Part shown: positions 59,537 to 64,000 of the stretch, piece after piece
Layout: each line of letters begins with the position of its first letter
Position numbering within the stretch: the stretch's first letter is position 1
NCBI GenBank assembly: GCA_001724265.1
Contig: MEDY01000060.1
Coordinates: 1-64,000 of the forward strand
DNA length: 64,000 bases
From: Rhizaria sp. SCN 62-66
Taxonomy: Eukaryota
Direction of reading: 5' to 3'
Translations under genes and position numbers: made by a program
The notes under the pieces: generated by a model
What the model saw: only the letters and a program-made list of their open reading frames with translations
Databases searched by the model: none
Told to the model about the DNA's origin: nothing

Positions 59537-60229
59537 GCGGATGTGCTGCGATGCAACAATTGCCGAGGTCAAGCTCGAGTAAGTTCACACATATCACACA
59601 GTACACCACTGTCCCCACACCGCTTACTGTATGATAATGCACTGCCGTCATAGTCGTCATAATACGAGGAACGGTACACTCCAAATTAGTTATGTTTTGT
59701 GATGTGATGTGATGTTTTGTTCTGTTTCACCATAGTTACCTAGCACAGAACGGACGAGGTGGGGACGCGGGGAATCAAACCGTGCGTGCCCCGACCGTCC
59801 GGTCAACCGACACATAGAGAGAGAAAGGCACAAGGAAGAGAAGATCCAACTGCACGCGGCAACACAACGATGTGTTTCTGTGTGTAGACTCAAATTAAAT
59901 GTTTACCGTTAAGCACTGTTATGATTACACAACCACTTTTTTAAAAATACAGTACGATCCCAAATCAGTTGATCCAATAAGACTACATATTGTGTATCTA
60001 TCTATACAGAAACAGGGAAAATGTAATTTAGGCAAATTGGCCAACTATCTAACAATATTAAATGCTGCGAACAGTTCCAACAAGCAAGCAAGCAAAAACA
60101 GCAAGTGTAACATCCCTGTGTTGTCCTGCTGCTGCTACATTGTGATGGATTGCTCCGTGGCTGTGTTCCAGCACGCGACTCGTGAGTACTGCTGTTCACG
60201 TGTTAAGCACGTGTTCTAAGTGCTCGTGC

Positions 60230-61716
60230 TCACGTGTAAGGCACGTGTTCGTCGAAAATGACCCACACAAGCGGCGTCGTCGTCCACGCCAGTACTACGT
60301 CCAGACTATAATGCATACGGCGCACCACAAGCAGCATACTTGCAGCGGCCGCAGCAGCCCACGCCAGTGCGGGCACGGCGCGGCCCAGTCCGCGCGAGCA
60401 CGAGCCCCGTGCACCGCCCATAGGAAGGACCCGGGGGACGCGGCGACGCGCAGGGTTGCGCCGGGAGCCGCTGGTCTTGGCGCCAGTAGCCAGAGCACCG
60501 TCACTATGGCCGCCATCGTAGCCGTCATACGCGTTATACACCGCGCCAGCGCCTGTGCCAGTTGCAGTGCCAGTCGCGGGGACGGCCTCTTCGTCGTTAT
60601 CGTCGTCATCCTCTTCGAAGTCGCCGTTAATATCGTCCGTGATATCCCCGTTGTTGTTGCCGTCGTTGTCATGGTGATGCGTCATATCGCCGTCCGAGTC
60701 CGAGTTGTTGTCGTCATGTGTCCCCCCGGAACGCGTGCCTTCATACCACACCCCTGCCCCCGCGCCTGACGCCGCGCCCGACGCCGCGGACCCATGCGGG
60801 TACACGCGCCAGAACCGCGTGACGAGCAGCGCACAGAGCACGTACACGACGGCCTGCGCTGAGAACACAGAGTCGCCGCAGCCAGTGAGCGGCGTCGAGC
60901 CGGCGAGGCCGGGCCACGCGGCGGGCCACGGGGACAGCGCGGCGGCGGCCGCCTCCATGAGAGTGGCGGGGGGCGCGTACAAAGGCGACTGGGGACGGCA
61001 CGTGTCGTTGGGGCCCGGGAGCGTGGTCGAGAGGAAAGACGCGATACGCAGGGTCTGGACGAGGACCGAGGCGGCGGCGACGCGGCTGAGCAAGCCTACG
61101 GTCGTTACGCGCGGGGACGGTGCGGTGGGGAAGAGGAACAGGGGGCGGCGGAGGAGAAACGAGAGCATGAAAAGCGCGGTACCGGCGATGAGGGCGGCGT
61201 GGAGAACCGCGCAAACCTGGTCCAGCAGCAGCGACGGCGTCGGGAGGAGCTCGAACCCCAGGTCGTACAACGGCTCGCGCGGAACGTGGAGGTAGTGCGC
61301 GGCGCGCGTGGCCAGGCTGTGGAGGTACTGGAACGCGTAGGCGAGGAGCAGCAGAGGACCGTGGCGGCGCAGTGCGCGGGCCTCGGCGGGCAGGTTCGCG
61401 CGCAGGGAGTGCGCCAAGCCCTGTGTTGCCGATGGCGTTGTGGGAGTGTTGTTCAAGGTGAGAGGAAGAAAGAGGGATTCAGTTGCGGATATACAACAAT
61501 AGAGATGAAAGAGGATCAGGGGAGGTAAAACCAATGTGGATTTGTCAAAGTGGTGGTGGTGGGTGGTTGGCGACGTACATTGAGCGTGCTAGTGATGAAG
61601 AGCCCGGGCTCGGCAACACAAGAGCGCAGAGAGCGGCAGCAGCTGCCCGACGACGCCGCAGACGCAGACGAGGAGCGCAGATGCTTGCCCTTGCCGAGAC
61701 GGTCTTCGTCACCCAT
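60230..61716 (-). CDS. Plant-type inositol phosphorylceramide synthase (IPCS/ERH1; sphingomyelin-synthase/PAP2 superfamily). Exons 61716-61579 and 61420-60230
   Basis: FQYLHSLA..HYLH..PLYDLGF, QTLRIASFLSTTLPGPN..CR, GCGDSVFS and RRMHYSLDVVLAW. Phase-0 GTACGT..CAG intron. Confidence 0.82.
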
Positions 61717-62286
61717 TCGCGCGGGTTCTTGGCGAAGTGGGATACGCGTGAGCGGAAGAGAGAGGTTTGGGGGAGGACGCGGTGGTGCACCAGAGCGCGG
61801 GAGAGGAGGTGACTGACTGCAGTGACGAAGTGAGGCAAAAGAGGTCAACTTTGTGAGAGGATTTGAAGGCATAAACCGCGACCACTGAAGCTATAATAAG
61901 AAATCCACACATAGAAATGACGTTTAATTAATAGAGCTCTACATAATCTTTATTTGTCGATCTCAGGTGAGATTGCGTATCGGAAATTCAAACGCGCCAC
62001 ACACCCAAAACCGTTTTCGTTCCGCATCGTGATTGGAGCTAGCAGTGAGCAGCTTCATTAAAACATATCTACCGAGAGATATACTCGAAATTATAGCGAT
62101 ATTTCTTCTGAACCTGGTTATATTTGCAGTACGTCTATTATATCAATTTATTACTCATACACAGACACACGTCTATACGTATTTTCAGCTTCTTTTCGCA
62201 CCCAGTCGATTTTGAACTTGATCAAACCCTCCAAAGCCTCCAACAGTCCTGCAGCGCTTCTCGTCTGCGCACCTGACGTCTGCGCG

Positions 62287-64000
62287 ATGCCCATCACCCC
62301 TGCCTTTACTTGGGAGCAGACGGACGACACCGTCAAGGTTGTCATCAAGTCCGTCTCCATCAGCAAGGCCAGTCTCTCTCTCTACGGTACGTTTTTGTAT
62401 TTTCAACACACGCTTGCAGTTACTCACTTAGGCCTGCATCCCACATGACATCCCAACCGCGCTCATCGCATGTACCGCTTTGTCTACTGCTTTTGTTGCT
62501 TGCGCGCGCAGTCTCTGATGTGTTTGTGAAGCTGAGCTCGCCACCTCTGCTGCTGCAGCTCGACCTCCTCCACCCCGTCGTGCCTTCTCGCTCCCGCGCC
62601 GTCGTCGTCCCGGGCGGCGTCGAACTCCACCTCCGGAAGGCCACCACCACGGCAACTACCGGCGCTGATGCCGCGTGGTCCGCGCTGCAGCTGCCTGCGG
62701 CGACTCCGGCGCAGGCGCGGTTATAGCGGCGCGCGGCGTCGATCGCTGCCCAGGACGCCGCCGCGGCCGCCGCGCGCGCCGCGGCCGCCGCGCGCGCGTC
62801 TGAGCGCAAGGCGGCCGCACGCGAGGCCGACTGGGACCTGGAGGCGCGCATGCGGCTGCTCGGCGAGCGGATCGTCCAAGAGGAGCGCGATGCTGCTGTT
62901 GGGGACCTCCTAGCATTGCATCCTCCCACTGCCACTTCTAACAACAACAGTCACAACAAAAACCGTAACAAGCAACTGATGGATGGTGATAGTGCTGCCG
63001 TGAGCGCTGCGAAAGTGGGGCCCGTTGCAGCGGACGCGGCAGATGACAAGCGTGGCGCGACCGCAACCGCATCCGACGCAGCCTCCGTCTCTAGTAGCAC
63101 CCCCTCACCGGCTGCGTCTCCTGCACCTGCGGTCGTTGCGAAGCCTACTGCTGCTGCTGCTGCGACAACTCGCGTTCTGCCGCCGCCGCGCGTTCTGCCG
63201 CCCCCGCGCCGCGCCGCCGGCTCCGCGGCTGCCGCGCCCGTGCTCGTTTCCTTCACCGCGCGCACCGGGCCGTTGGCCCACTTGCCCGCGCGTGAAGCCG
63301 CCGACCGGAAGGCCCTGCTCACGGTCCGTGCTCTCACCCGCGCCCGGCTCCGCGGCGGCCACGGCGGCGGCCAAGGGAGCGCCGGGGGCGGCGCGGTGGG
63401 CGAGGACGGGCTGAGCGAAAGCGAGCGTGTTGCGTGGGCTTACAAAGACAAAGGCGACGCGTTCGCGCGTGAGGGCGCGCTTAAGTCCGCTGTGGAGGCG
63501 TATACGCACGCGCTTGCGCTGGATGGATTCTGCGGGGACGCGCTGGCCAACAGGGCGGCGGCGAGGCTCCGGGCCGCGGCGGAGGCCTGGGGAGCGACGG
63601 CGGGCGCGGTCGCGGTCGAGCTGCCAGCGCCGGTCTACATCGCCGCGCCTGCAGCAGCCTCTGCTCGTGCGGCTGTGTCCGCATCTGGTGACGGGGAGCA
63701 GCAGCAGCATCAGCAGCAGCAGGATGACAAGAAGTCTCAGAACGACGACAATGAAGAAGAGGAGGAGGAAGAGCATTTTGATAGCGCCACTGCCTCCACC
63801 ACTACCACTGTTGATCCCGAGCCTAAACCGGAGTCTGAGCCTGAGTCTGCGCAAGTAGGTGAGGAGGATTTCATGGCGCTGCTTGCGCTGCCGTCCCCTG
63901 TCAAGCCCTCCGCGCCCGCACCGATGCCCACGGTCGCCGCGCCTCTCGCCTGTCGCCCCGCTCTTGCGGCCGCGGCGGCGCATTTGGCCGGCGCAACTGC
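62287..64000 (+). CDS. DNAAF4: Dynein axonemal assembly factor 4 (DYX1C1), CS domain plus TPR. Exons 62287-62386 and 62512 to beyond the window end, with an in-frame TAG at 62724-62726
   Basis: CS domain MPITPAFTWEQTDDTVKVVI..SDVFVKLSSPPLLLQLDL..LRK..W. After the TAG: RRAASI, LPPPR..VSFTAR..LPARE and the TPR AYKDKGDAF..AVEAYTHALALD..LANRAAARL, in the expected order. Confidence 0.88.

Overview
Gene-dense eukaryotic nuclear DNA with GC-rich, Ala-rich coding regions, short AT-rich spacers and a few spliceosomal introns, most with a GTACG donor. Ciliary genes (IFT74, IFT81, WDR31, DNAAF4) indicate a flagellated protist. I model 22 protein-coding genes, 21 complete and DNAAF4 running off the right end. 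I saw no RNA genes, CRISPR arrays or transposons. The main discovery is evidence that UAG is read as a sense codon. Four genes contain an in-frame TAG with coding sequence continuing in frame: a coiled-coil gene (4063-4065), DGAT2 (13102-13104), CTF18 (45120-45122, weakest case) and DNAAF4 (62724-62726). None of the 21 complete models ends in TAG (16 TGA, 5 TAA), so UAG and UAA appear uncoupled. The amino acid (Gln or Leu most likely) cannot be fixed from this window. Other notable items: adjacent IFT74 and IFT81; a Costars-LIM-RhoGAP-FYVE-like protein; a ~3,400-aa SPX-EXS protein; a TYW4-like Kelch protein without its methyltransferase; a bacterial-type mesaconyl-CoA hydratase-like gene; splice-acceptor-like sites just upstream of many start codons; and degenerate copies of gene ends in 3' UTRs. 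Family assignments rest on motif recognition from memory, not on database searches.
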